From Chrysomallon squamiferum (Eukaryota; Animalia; Mollusca): a DNA stretch of 64,000 nt. The DNA lies in NCBI GenBank assembly GCA_012295275.1, contig CM022672.1, positions 29,574,001 to 29,638,000 on the forward strand. The letters run 5' to 3'. This document shows positions 13,624 to 26,700 of this stretch, piece after piece. A program made the translations under genes and the position numbers. The notes under the pieces were generated by a model. That model was not told where the DNA came from and did not search any database. It saw only the letters and a program-made list of their open reading frames with translations. Position 1 is the stretch's first letter, and every line of letters starts with the position of its first letter.

Positions 13624-14356
13624 GCTTGAACTTGGGTGAAAACCTCTTTTATAGAAACGCCTTCGTTACTTCGCACAGGCATGACGTTTATGAACAATCA
13701 CCTAGAATAAATTCCAAATGTTTTCGGCGAGTCATTTGAAACAAGTGTTGGGTGACTCTCTTAAATTGCTATTTAATGGTCGTTAAAACGCGTTGCCTGT
13801 TTCTCTCAGTTGCACACCTGGTAATCAACAAAATTACTAATCGGGCTCAAACTTTTATGTTTGTCAGTGACTGACCAGAGGCTAACGAACGAGTTATAAC
13901 ACAATGGCCCATTATGTATTTCTTTCACAGTGACTTTTGCGAGACGTTAATAAAAACTGTCTTAATTTTGTCCTTGTAGCTAATTCTTCGCTTGGGTTAC
14001 AAATGAACAGCAAGGGCTCGAACGCTCGCTGCACTGACCGAGAAGCTAAGCTTTTCTAACTACAGAAGTTATTTTCAGCATGCAGCGAACGAAAAATCGT
14101 CAGAGCTACGTTTCATAGATCGGAAGAATGCAACGCGTGCACATTTATGTTAAGTTCACGCACAGTTCTGTTTAAATATTATTCAAATGACACAGTCCAA
14201 GGCACCAGAAACAAGCATTATTAAACCTTTAAATTCTGTCATAAATTCCTATCTTCATTATACAGTTACTTATCTTTCTAAATAATTTCAAAATGACACA
14301 CCAGTGTGAAATTGCTTTCTTAAATATTTATATGATCTGCTTAACAAGTGTATATT

Positions 14357-14544
14357 ATCGCTTCTCGGCCTTTTGGCTAAGATCAAAGTGTAGTATCTGT
14401 TCTTATCAGCTTAATATCTGATACGTCCTCCATTGGGGGACATCGATATTAAACTGATTTTTGGAACTAGGCGAAGTGTCAGGGGCTTGCTCCGCCTTTG
14501 CCACGGGTTGACCCGGTATTGCAGTACCTCCGGGAATGGCCCAC
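14357..14544 (+). ncRNA. U2: U2 spliceosomal snRNA (copy 2)
   Basis: Same motifs as copy 1; 188 nt, without the GGGTT duplication. Confidence 0.97.
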
Positions 14545-16113
14545 TCCCTTTTTGGGAAAAAAATTCAAAGCAAAAATAGTTTCTTGTTTTTTTGTGGTTT
14601 TTTTTTTTTTGTGTTCATTTATTTATTTCAGTCCTGTTTTCTTCATTTTATCAAATGTCGATTTGTATTACACAACCTCACTAACTGTGTCAGTATAATA
14701 TATTAAATGGTAACATCACCTAAAAAAGTAACAAAATAACCAAAGAACGAAATGAAATAAAACGAAATAAAATAAAATAACAGGGAAACAGCGCAAAATG
14801 ACCTTATCGAACTGACTCATCAGTAATTAACAGGATAATGGGTAACGAGTACTCAGTACAGTTACTCCGTTTGACGTAAAGGCAGGTTACGCACAACGAA
14901 CGACACATTTCTGTAACTGACTTTAATCAATAGTTTTGTCTACTGTTTCAAATAGTTCTAAAACAGAAGATAACACAAAACAATCGTAAAATAGAGAAAG
15001 AAACACATCATTTCGTTTACTGCTCCTCTAATGCGAGCCGAAGCGTAGTGCAGTTGCCTACGATAATGGTAATTTGGCTGCTGAAAAGCCGATTGGCTAG
15101 TATTGTACAAAAATCGACGGTCACTGTAAAGAGTGTCGCTGGAATGAACTCGGTGGAATCCTTTACGGAAATTTTCTTCCGGAGCTATTCTCTTATGCTT
15201 ACGTGAGCTTAATGTTTCTCTCGTGCATTTTTGTTTTCTCTTTCATTCGAATTCGAAAACTGTCTTCTACGGCCACAACTGTTGCAAATTACAGAAAACA
15301 AATAGAGAACAAACTATTGATAACAGATTTGAAACGATTGCATGCAATAAACAGAATCCAAGCCTAAGTAAAGTGTATCAGAATAGATTTCATCTATTCC
15401 GGTATATTGCAGTAAGCAGCACACTACTATCATGAACATTTTATAATCCACTGAAAAGGTTATTGCTGGTGCAGAGGTGAGATTCAAACGATATCTAAAA
15501 ATGGTTTCCACAAACTCACTCCAGTACAGCATGCTTGATATATCGCTAAACGATTCAGTCGTAGGAACGGTACTCGGTCGTTAAGTGTGAAGTGTCTCCA
15601 AAGTAGAAATAAACGAATGAAACAAAGCGGAAGCTAACTCCGTAATGTGTGCAAAACGCACAGAAGATCATATCCGTTAAAGCAACAATTTGTTCAGTTT
15701 GATTTCGTTTTCAGGTTTTATGGTTGACAGTGTTTTCTCTGAGGCCCGTGATACACGTGCATTGTCGGTCATTCCAGAAACGTTTGCTATCTAATTGCGG
15801 AAAGTCGACAAAAATTAAACTGTTGACATGAGATTTGACGTCACAGTTAAAGCTATCAGTCTGGAAGTTGGGCGAGTTTACACGAACAATACAAGGTAAT
15901 CTACAGAGTTGATGGTAAAGGGAAAAACGTAGGCTTTCTTTTCCATTTATCGTTGACGAAGTTATTTGGAGCGATTCTCTAAACTGAAGGCAGCTAAAAT
16001 TTCATGTTACAGCAGTATTGCATTGTTAATATCTAAGTGAATGAGAGAAAGACGTTTTGCAGTACGGGCATTTTGAGAGGTTTTTAAGAAACTGTTTTTT
16101 TGTTTTGAATTTT

Positions 16114-16278
16114 CAGGGGTTAGCGCGAACGCAGACCCCCACACTAAAAAATTACGTACTCGAGTCGCCCGCATTTGGGGCGATCGCACGGGTCAGCCCA
16201 ACCGGAGTGCAATGGAAAGGCCTCGCCCTGGGGGGACCACCTTGCGGATCATGGTAACCTCCCGTACCAGGTAAGTAT
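16114..16278 (-). ncRNA. U1: U1 spliceosomal snRNA (copy 3)
   Basis: Same motifs as copy 1; 165 nt. Confidence 0.97.
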
Positions 16279-17009
16279 GCTTGAACTTGGGTGAAAACCT
16301 CTTTTATAGAAACGCCTTCGTTACTTCGCACAGGCATGACGTTTATGAACAATCACCTAGAATAAATTCCAAATGTTTTCGGCGAGTCATTTGAAACAAG
16401 TGTTGGGTGACTCTCTTAAATTGCTATTTAATGGTCGTTAAAACGCGTTGCCTGTTTCTCTCAGTTGCACCTGGTAATCAACAAAATTACTAATCGGGCT
16501 CAAACTTTTATGTTTGTCAGTGACTGACCAGAGGCTAACGAACGAGTTATAACACAATGGCCCATTATGTATTTCTTTCACAGTGACTTTTGCGAGACGT
16601 TAATAAAAACTGTCTTAATTTTGTCCTTGTAGCTAATTCTTCGCTTGGGTTACAAATGAACAGCAAGGGCTCGAACGCTCGCTGCACTGACCGAGAAGCT
16701 AAGCTTTTCTAACTACAGAAGTTATTTTCAGCATGCAGCGAACGAAAAATCGTCAGAGCTACGTTTCATAGATCGGAAGAATGCAACGCGTGCACATTTA
16801 TGTTAAGTTCACGCACAGTTCTGTTTAAATATTATTCAAATGACACAGTCCAAGGCACCAGAAACAAGCATTATTAAACCTTTAAATTCTGTCATAAATT
16901 CCTATCTTCATTATACAGTTACTTATCTTTCTAAATAATTTCAAAATGACACACCAGTGTGAAATTGCTTTCTTAAATATTTATATGATCTGCTTAACAA
17001 GTGTATATT

Positions 17010-17197
17010 ATCGCTTCTCGGCCTTTTGGCTAAGATCAAAGTGTAGTATCTGTTCTTATCAGCTTAATATCTGATACGTCCTCCATTGGGGGACATCGAT
17101 ATTAAACTGATTTTTGGAACTAGGCGAAGTGTCAGGGGCTTGCTCCGCCTTTGCCACGGGTTGACCCGGTATTGCAGTACCTCCGGGAATGGCCCAC
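17010..17197 (+). ncRNA. U2: U2 spliceosomal snRNA (copy 3, at the array boundary)
   Basis: Same motifs; 188 nt. The downstream flank departs from copies 1 and 2 about 20 nt after the gene. Confidence 0.96.
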
Positions 17198-17717
17198 TCC
17201 CTTTTTGGGAAAAATTCTCAACAAACAAATATCTATGATCTAAATTTTAATGTGATGATAATGAGAGAACAAACAAAGGTATATCACTACTACTTTTAAG
17301 TCTTATTACAGTACGTGATGAATCTTGGGCATTTTCTTCTGAATTTTTCATAAATGTTCTATTAATAATAATAATAATGATAATAATAATAATAATAATA
17401 ATTCTAATAATAATGATACTACTACTACTACTACTACTAATAATAATAATAATTTTAATATTACAAAGAAAAAGAAGATAATGTTATATTTGAGGAAAAA
17501 CTGTGTATATGGGTTGTGTGACGTTGTACGAGTTCGTGTGTATATTTGAAAAAAAAAATATCCTGGACTAGGGACGTTTCCTTAAATTTCATATCATCAT
17601 ACTAGTTTATCTTTGAAAGCAAATTGAATAACATCTGAGAATTCCATTTATTTTCTTTATTTTACTTTATTTTTATTTATTAATTTATATACATATTCTT
17701 TGTACATAATAAGAAAC

Positions 17718-18031
17718 AAACTTCGAAACAAGGATATGTAGCATTTAAAAACAAGAAAAAGTTACTGAACAAAATATTCGACATGAGCAGAAATATTGAA
17801 TTTATTGAATATAATCTTGACAGAATAGTCGAGAAAACCATTTCATTTTATATATTTTGTTCCAACGAAATAAACTTCGAAACAAGGATATGTAGCATTT
17901 AAAAAAAAGAAAAAGTTACTGAACAAAATATTCGACATGAGCAGAAATATTGAATTTATTGAATATAATCTTGACAGAATAGTCGAGAAAACCATTTCAT
18001 TTTATATATTTTGTTCCAACGAAATAAACTT
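17718..18031. repeat. 154-bp direct tandem duplication (2 copies)
   Basis: AAACTTCGAAACAAGGATATGTAGC... starts at 17718 and 17872; the two copies are almost identical. Confidence 0.92.
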
Positions 18032-18955
18032 GTACAATATAACAATATATATATTTATTAAAACACAAAATACGCAGATAACGGTTTTTGTTGATTAGGT
18101 AGATTTTAGTTAGTTGTAATAAAGTGATTAGAATGAAACACCAAACTTTTATAAAATTTATTTCTTCTGATATTTCCTATTTTATAAGTTCAACGCTGCA
18201 TCTCCGTAACATACTGCAACAGTGACAGTATCTATCATAAATAAATAAAAATGTGTCCTGTGGAATATTCTTTGTTTTCAATGAGAAATCAGTTTACTGT
18301 CATGCGATTTCGGGCCCCTTTCCTATCCCTGTATATCTTGTTTTAATATTCACACGAACTTGGGCACCGTCATACTGGATGACGGACATCATTTGCCGTT
18401 CTGATTGGCTGAACGTTGCAAACTACGTCTGACTAGGTGAAAGATGCAGCACCAGTGAGATAAAGGAAGACAAGTAGAGTCGAAGGTCAGTTATGAGAAA
18501 TATTTCCAGAACTAAATAGACAACAAAATAATAACTAGTGGGTGCACAAACAAACGAGGTAAGTAGATGTCTGGTATAAGACATCATCTCAGTAATACAA
18601 TTTAACAAAACTAGTATTAAAAAACATGCATCCATAACAATAAAACTTAAAAGGAATAATTCAGCTAGTAAAATATGTGCAAATACTTCTTTTGAAACAG
18701 ATCTCTCTGAATGTTTGACAACACACACACACACACGCACGCACACACACAGACATACACACATACAAATGAATCTCGAACTGGTAACATGAAAAATGGT
18801 ACAGAGCACCACATAAACACTGGATATTAAAACATTAAAAACGAACACAACAGATACAAACATACAAGACCGGAATAACGGAATGTTATTCTTATTGTTT
18901 ATGTTTAATTTTTAATCGGAACGAATTTATTTTGCAATCATTATTTCTTCTTCTT

Positions 18956-18986
<31 letters not shown>

Positions 18987-19664
18987 TTATTATTATTAAA
19001 AAAAGAAATGGCATAAGATGACACTTTATGAGTTTCTTTAGTTACAGGATAAATAAATTGCTTCATTTCTCATCAAAAAGGAAAGAAAAAATATGTTAGT
19101 AAACTGAGTATCCGGCACGAAATTTTATAAAGTTCGAACGTTTTAATATTCGCGCATGCGCACTTGCCTTATGTGTACTTAGCAAAATGTAGTCAACTGT
19201 TTACAATATCCCACAAACACGTGTTTGCTGGAGTAAAAATGTTTTACCTTTCAACAAAACCATAGACCTAGGTCTAGAATTTCAATCTTGTGAGGTTCAC
19301 GAAGATATAGAAATAATAATAATACAGCCATAGGTCCAGTGCATGTATAAATTCACTCTCAGATCATTCCCTATAAAGAAAAAATGTTGGCCTACGTGAC
19401 GGAGGAGTACCTAGTCCTGCTTTTACTTTTTCTACATAGGACAGGCAGTGCACAACTTCTAGCGCGCTACTGAAGATTTAAACTCGCTACTGATGATTAT
19501 CGCTGTATGAAAAGTACACTGCAAAAGCGTGGTTAAAATCATAATGTGCGACGTGATATCAAAACCTATCTTTGTACTGAAAGTATGCAAACATGCAGAA
19601 ATATGTCACTTGACATTAGGTCCGTGAATTCTTTTGATACCTTCCGCTAAAATGACTTAGCGTA

Positions 19665-19725
<61 letters not shown>

Positions 19726-19968
19726 CATCATCATCATAGTCATCATCATCATCATCATGATTATGATCATGATCATAGATCAGTTATCACTGACACTAAT
19801 TTATATTTAATAGAAGTTAATAAAACATTACACACTTATTTTATTTATTAATGCATATCTGACAAAAAACTTCAAGAGGTATTATAATTTCATTTATTTT
19901 ATTTAATTTAATTATTTTTTTTCTTCTTCTTCTTGATGTTATTTTTTATTTTATTTTATTTTATTCAG

Positions 19969-20206
19969 ACGCACACAAGAAAATGTCAGTTTGAAAAAAA
20001 ACCAAAAGAAATAAAACAAGAAAAACTTTTTTTTATTTAGAAGACAAGGCAGAAAGGAAAGATGCCAGAAAATCTTAAAAATCTTAAAATCAATTGTGAA
20101 GAAACAGAAATACAACCCGCCTCTGACTAAATCCCAGAAAAACCAGAAAACTTTATATCAAGTTGGAAAACCATCACAGACTTACCTAAAATATGAAGTA
20201 AATCCT
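19969..20206 (+). pseudogene. Degenerate exon-like segment, paralogous to 56297-56487 and weakly to the 22765 exon
   Basis: Follows a TTCAG acceptor, shares nucleotide similarity with 56.2-56.5 kb, translates to TRKTFFYLEDK (cf. FRRITFNLEEK at 22.8 kb) and contains stops. Confidence 0.3.
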
Positions 20207-21524
20207 GTGTAGTATTGTCTGCGACTTTAGCAGAAATATATGTCTTTTTCAGTGTTAAATATTCATGCAACTGGATACGACACTAAAATGTTGAACAGAC
20301 TAGAAAACCTTCACGGACTTTAGTTGAAGTTGAATTTATAGAAACATCCTTTCTCCAGTACATTCACGGACATGTGTAGAATGAAATTATTAAAATACCA
20401 TGTCTCGTTTTTTTAAGGAAGATGCGAGAAACCAGAATATTTATCACCACTTCATGAGAGATGACAGAGTCGCGCCAACTGGTTTGCGTGTCCCTGGGGG
20501 GCGTGGAAACCTCCACGTTTTGTCTGCTGTATTGAAAGTGGCGATGCGATGTGTCAACTGGGAGTGTAAATACACAGGTTTCAACTTTAAAATACATTTA
20601 TTAATAAATAGCATTTACAACCACAGTGGTGATATCTATTACTTCTCTGTTGTTATTTTTTTTTTTCATTAAGTCATCAGGCTTAGTGTTTTTATATTAA
20701 TGTCCTTTATTATGAATATTTTACATAAGTGTGAAGACAAATATTATTTGCTTTTATTAACGACAGCAGAGTTTAAAGTGAAACCGTTGTGATATTGATT
20801 TAGGTAAAACATACGTAATATTAAAAATGGAAGGATAATTTTAAACTTTAGTTTATTAGGGGACCCTGACTCTGTGTTGAGAAATATAGGAGATGTATCG
20901 ATAATTTTCTTTACCATAGTTAGAATTTATACTGAAAAGGTGAAAAGACACTGAAACTAAGTGTTATTTCACGATCTACACAAGAGATTATATTATTTTA
21001 ATTAGAGGTACAGCGATTTTGTTAACCCTTTGTTTTATATTTTATAGGAGAACACAAGTTTTTCCTTAAACTGAACTCAACAAGAATAATTGTTTTACTA
21101 ATGTCGTGCGACAACTTTTAGGATAAGCTGAGTGTACATTAGTTTTATATTTTGTTGGTTAAACTATACTGATTCCGTATTTTATCTGCTCAAAACGATG
21201 ATGACAACGACAACTGCAATAATGAAAATAATAAATAAACCAATAAACTCACAAACAAGAAGAATAGGAGCAACTCCAGTTACAACAATAAGAACAATGA
21301 CAGCCACAAAGATAATGATGACGACAGTACTTTTAAAAATTTGCCTGTTTCATTTACTTATTTATTTTTGTTATTTACTTTGTTTGTATAATCATGTACG
21401 GAGAACTCAGAAATCTATTACCTTAATTCTAGGAATTAATAATATCGACCAGAAAAGTTTATGAAATATTTGGTTCTTACTATTAAAGTAGTTTTACTGT
21501 TGTTGTTATTGTTGTTGTTGTTAA

Positions 21525-21603
<79 letters not shown>

Positions 21604-22105
21604 TCTACTGTTCGCATCCTCTCATCGTCGTTACTATTAATATTATTCTGTAACAAAATTACTTTGCTTATTCTACGGTGACTGTTTTTGTTATTTTCTT
21701 ATAAACATTTTGATGCCTTCGTTTTTATTAAAGTTGTAAATTTTTCTCCTTGATCTTTTTATTAATTTATTACTATTGTTATTATCATCATCATCATTTC
21801 CAGCCAGTACTATAAAAATAACAACAACAACAACAACAACAACAACAATAATAATAATAATAATATAATAACAATAATATTATTATTATTATTTATTATT
21901 ATTATTATTATTAATCAATCAATTTATTATTTATTTATTTGTTTATTTATTTATTGTTTTTAATAAATGATTAGTCTATTCTATAAAAAGAAATGACGTA
22001 AGGTTCATGACGTCACGATACTGCTTAGATACACAATTAAGAATTAGCGATTGTCAAAGTTAGTTTCTTAAGTTAATAATTATTTTACCTTCATTTCTTA
22101 ACGGG

Positions 22106-22381
22106 ATGGAAGGTGATAATATCCAGATTAAGAGTCGACACAAGTCGTTTCATACCCTTGTGGACTATTGGAAGGACAAAGAAAGTCAAAATGAAACTGT
22201 TTCAACATCTGTAAAACAGCAAACAGGTCCACATATGGCGCAGAAGGTCATCTTTAATAGTTTGATGTCATATTGGAGTACAGGTGAAGCATTTGTTCTT
22301 ATTATAAATTTACGTGGAACAACTGATACTTGTTAGATGATGATGATGGTGAAACTACTGCTAATAATAATAATAGTAATA

Positions 22382-22416
<35 letters not shown>

Positions 22417-22973
22417 AACAACAACAACAACAATAATAATACAAGGCAGTATTTAACTGAGGTAGGTTATGATCACTCAAACTTTATTCTGTAACCATTT
22501 CATATTTCTTTTAAAAATACATACTGGTAGCATTTATGTACTAACTTCTGTTTTATATAATTTAATAAAATATCCACATTGATACGTATGTTTTGAAAAT
22601 TGTTTACTATTTGCACAGTTAAATGTACGTGCTTACCTCAAGACAAATTTTAAGAGGTTTTCATAATGTCATTATTTTGTTTTAGTGTATTTAATTTGAT
22701 ATATTACATTAATTTATTTTATTTTATTTATTCATTTGTTTATCTATTTATCTATATTTTACAGGGGCGGAAACAAAAAATGCGAATGTTCTGATCCTGA
22801 AAAGGTTCAGGCGAATTACATTCAACTTGGAAGAAAAAAAGTACAGTCCAAATGAGGTGGGAAAGAATATCAGTGCAAACAATAAAGAAAAAGGGAATCT
22901 AAGATCGATTCTAAAAAAACAGAAACAGTCAGTGATTCCAGATAAACAACAGCATGTTCTGTTCCTGTGGTGA
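22106..22973 (+). CDS. Candidate two-exon gene (22106-22283, 22765-22973), 128-aa hypothetical protein with RVxF-like and SILK motifs
   Basis: ATG ORF ends at a G|GTGAAG phase-1 donor. A T-rich tract ending TTTTACAG gives an in-phase 68-codon exon ending in TGA. TATAAAAAG at ~21982 and TGACGTCA at ~22008 lie upstream. No homology or expression evidence. Confidence 0.4.
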
Positions 22974-23779
22974 ACGTTCGACGCTTTAAGTCAGTGAGTT
23001 GGTTAAGAAAATTCCCGTCTCAGAATCGTCTGTGGATACGAGTCATCCAATATGACGTCATACAAGTTCGAGTGCACATTAAGACAAGATATTCTATCAT
23101 AGAAAAGGAAGGTGCTCGAAATAGCACATAAATTATTATTTTTTTTTTTTTTTTTTATTTTATTTATTTATTTATTTTTTATTTATTTCATGCTGTTTAT
23201 TTATTGCCTGTTGTTTATTTATCTATTTTATGCATTTTTACACTTTTAGGCTGTATAACGTTTTGGAAAATGGTAATCTAATTATCCATTTTGAAAATAA
23301 TTAAAATTGTTTGATTATCATTGACAAAGTATAGAGTATGAAAACTTCCATTCAACTTATTAATTTTATTTTTCTCATGAACGAATTATCGAAAATACCT
23401 GTGTGTAATCAAACCTTTGTATATGATATCATTTTGGTTTACAAACGGTTTTTCCCCTATAAATTAACACCATTTAATTATTATGATGGATATATCACGC
23501 TGAAATAATCATTTCTCAAAACGTATGATACTCACATTTGTTTTCATGTACATTAGTTTAAAAACAGTTGAAAGTACACTGATTACTACTTTGTACCCTG
23601 AACATAAAGTAATATACTTATATCGCTGTTCGTGTACATTTTCTTAGGAAGATAAACTTGCATGTAAATGCATATAAAAAAAATCTATATATTACTTTTT
23701 GTATATCAGTATTAATGACAACAGAACTTCTTAAGATATTAATATGAAATTAGTTACTGCTCTTGTTGCATTGTTGTTT

Positions 23780-26700
23780 AACAAGATGAAATTATCTACA
23801 ATATAACATATATATTTATTTACAGTAGTATTTTTTAACACGACAAATCATTCTACAAAATAACAATTTTATTTATTGTCCAGCATCGCTATTTAATACG
23901 ATAAATCTTTATACAAAATAACAGAATATATTTACTACAGTATCGTAACTTAAGACGATAATTCTTTTTTTTTTTTGTATTTTGTTTTTGTTTTTTTACA
24001 ATATAACAATGTATATTTACGTTACAATATCGTTTAACAGGATAAAACTTTATGCAATATAACAATTTAGATATATCTTCCAGTATGTTAATTTAACACC
24101 ATACACCTTTGTACAATATAACAATATATATCTATGTTCTAGTATCATCTTTAACATAATACGTCTTTGTACAACATAATATATACATACACACACACAC
24201 ACGCATGATCCAGTCTCGTTATTTAATACTATAAACCTTTGTACAAGACAACAATATATGTTTATGTTATGGTATTATCATACAGTGATTTAACAATTTA
24301 TATTTATGTTCCAGTATTGTGAATTAACACGATGAACCTTTGAATCGTTATTTAACATGATACGTCTTTGTACAATGAAACAGTATATATTTCTGTTCCC
24401 ATATCGTTATTTAACACGAGGTGTCTCTGTGCAAAGTAACAATACATATTTATTTTCCAGTATTGTTACTTAACATAATACGTCTTTGTACAACATAACT
24501 ATATATATCTATAATACGGTATGGCTATTTAACATGATAAACCTTTGTACAATATAACATTGTATATTATATTCCAGTATCGTTATTTCATTAACACGAT
24601 AAAGCTTTCGACAATATAACAATCTATATTTAAGTTGAAAAATCGTTATTTAACAGATCAGTCAATACAACATAACAATATTCAACCTTATTGTTATTTA
24701 AGTCTATGAACCTCTGTACAGTATAACAATGTTGATATGTTACATTAAGATTATTTAATAGGATTAGTCTTTGTACAGTATAACAATGTTGACATGTTAC
24801 ATTATGATTATTTAATAGGATTAGTCTTTATAGAGTATAACCATATATATTTATGTTACAATTTGTTTATTTAACACGATGAGTCTTTGTACAACATAAA
24901 AATATAATTTTATATTCCAGTATAGTTATTTAATAGGATAAGTCTTTGTACAATATAACAATATATATTTATCTTCTAGTATGGTTATTTAATTTGATAA
25001 ACCTTTGTACAGTATAACAATGTAAATTTATCTTACAATATGCTTATTTAACACGATAAGTCTCTGTACAATATAACAGCATATAATTATGTTCCAATAT
25101 CGTCATTTAACACGATAAGTCTTTCTACAATATAACAATATGTATTGATGTTCTAGAATGGTTATTTAACGTTATGAACCTTTGTACAGTATAACAATGT
25201 ATATTTATGTTCCAGTATTGATATTTAACAGGATAACTCTTTGTGCAAGATAACAGTATATATTTATGTTGCAGTATCGTTATTTAATAGGATAAGTCTT
25301 TCTAATATAACAATACATATTTATGTTGCGGTATAATGATTTAACATGATAAACACTGTTACAATATAACAGTATATATTATATTCCAGCATTCTCATTT
25401 AACATGATAAAGCTTTGCAAATATAACACTATATATATATATGTTTATGATACAGTATCGTTACTTAATACGATGAGTCTTTGTACAAGATAACAATATA
25501 TATTTCTGCTTTGGTATCGTTATTTAATACGACAAACATTTTGTTCAATATAACATTTTATATTTATCCACCAGTCTGGTTATTTAGCCTGATAAATTTT
25601 TGTACTGTATAACAATATATATTTATTTTCCTTTATCGTTATTTAACACCATAAGTCGTTCTATAAAATAACAATATATATTTATGTTCCAGTATGGTTA
25701 TTTATATTTATGAACCTTTATTCACTATAAGAATTTAGGTTTATGATACACTATGCTTATTTAACAGGATGAGTCTTTGTAAAATATTGCAATATATATT
25801 TATGTTCTACTATGGTTATCTAACGTTATGAACCTTTGAACAGTATAACAATGTATATTTATGTTCCAGTTTTGTTATTTAACACGATAAGTCTTTGTGC
25901 AAGATAACAGTATATATTTATGTTCCAGCATGGTTATTTAACACGATAAGTCTTTCTGCAATATAACAATATATATTTAAGTCGCGGCATAACGATTTAA
26001 CATGATAAAGCCTTGTACAATATAACAGTATACATTATATTCCAGCATTCTTATTTAACATGATAAGACTTCGGAAATACAACGCTATATATGTTTATGA
26101 TATAGTATCGCTATTTAACATGATGAAGCTTTGTACAAGATAACAAAATATATCTATGCTTTGGTATCGTTATGTAATACGATAAACCTTTTGTTCAATA
26201 TAACATTTTATATTTATCCGTCGGTCTGGTTATTTAGCTTGATAAACTTTTCTACAGTATAACAAGATATATATATATATATATATATATTTCCAGTATC
26301 GTTATTTAAAACGATAGTAGTTGTACAAAATAAAAATATATATTATATTTCAGTATGGTTATTTACCTTTATGAATCTTTATACAGTATAACAATTTAGG
26401 TTTATGTTACACTATGCTTATTTAACAGCATGAGTCTTTGTAAAATACTGCAATAAACATTTATATTCCAGTATCGTTATTTAAACTGATAAGTCCTTCT
26501 ACAATATAACCATATATAGTAGTACTTCAGTATGGTTTTTTAACGTTATAACAATTTGTACGGCAAAACGATGTATATTTAATTTCAAGTATCGTTATTT
26601 AACACGATAAGAGTATATATTTATGTTCCAGCATGGTTATTTAACACGATAAGTCTTTCTACAATATAACAATATATATTTATGTTGCGGTATAATGATT

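Larger units (their letters stand above)
10146..17215. repeat. Tandem U1-U2 snRNA gene array, ~2655-bp unit, ~2.7 copies visible
   Basis: Near-identical units: U1 5' ends at 10967, 13623, 16278 and U2 5' ends at 11699, 14357, 17010. The ORF track repeats with the same period. Similarity stops just after the third U2. Confidence 0.96.

Noticed and set aside
10841-16352. Repeated 60-76-aa ORFs in the 2.65-kb unit
   Set aside because: They overlap U1/U2 genes or spacer, differ by frameshifting indels between copies and show no recognisable domain.
18423-18863. 146-aa hydrophobic minus-strand ORF
   Set aside because: Includes a (GT)n tract; the hydrophobicity reflects a T-rich strand and no family motif is visible.
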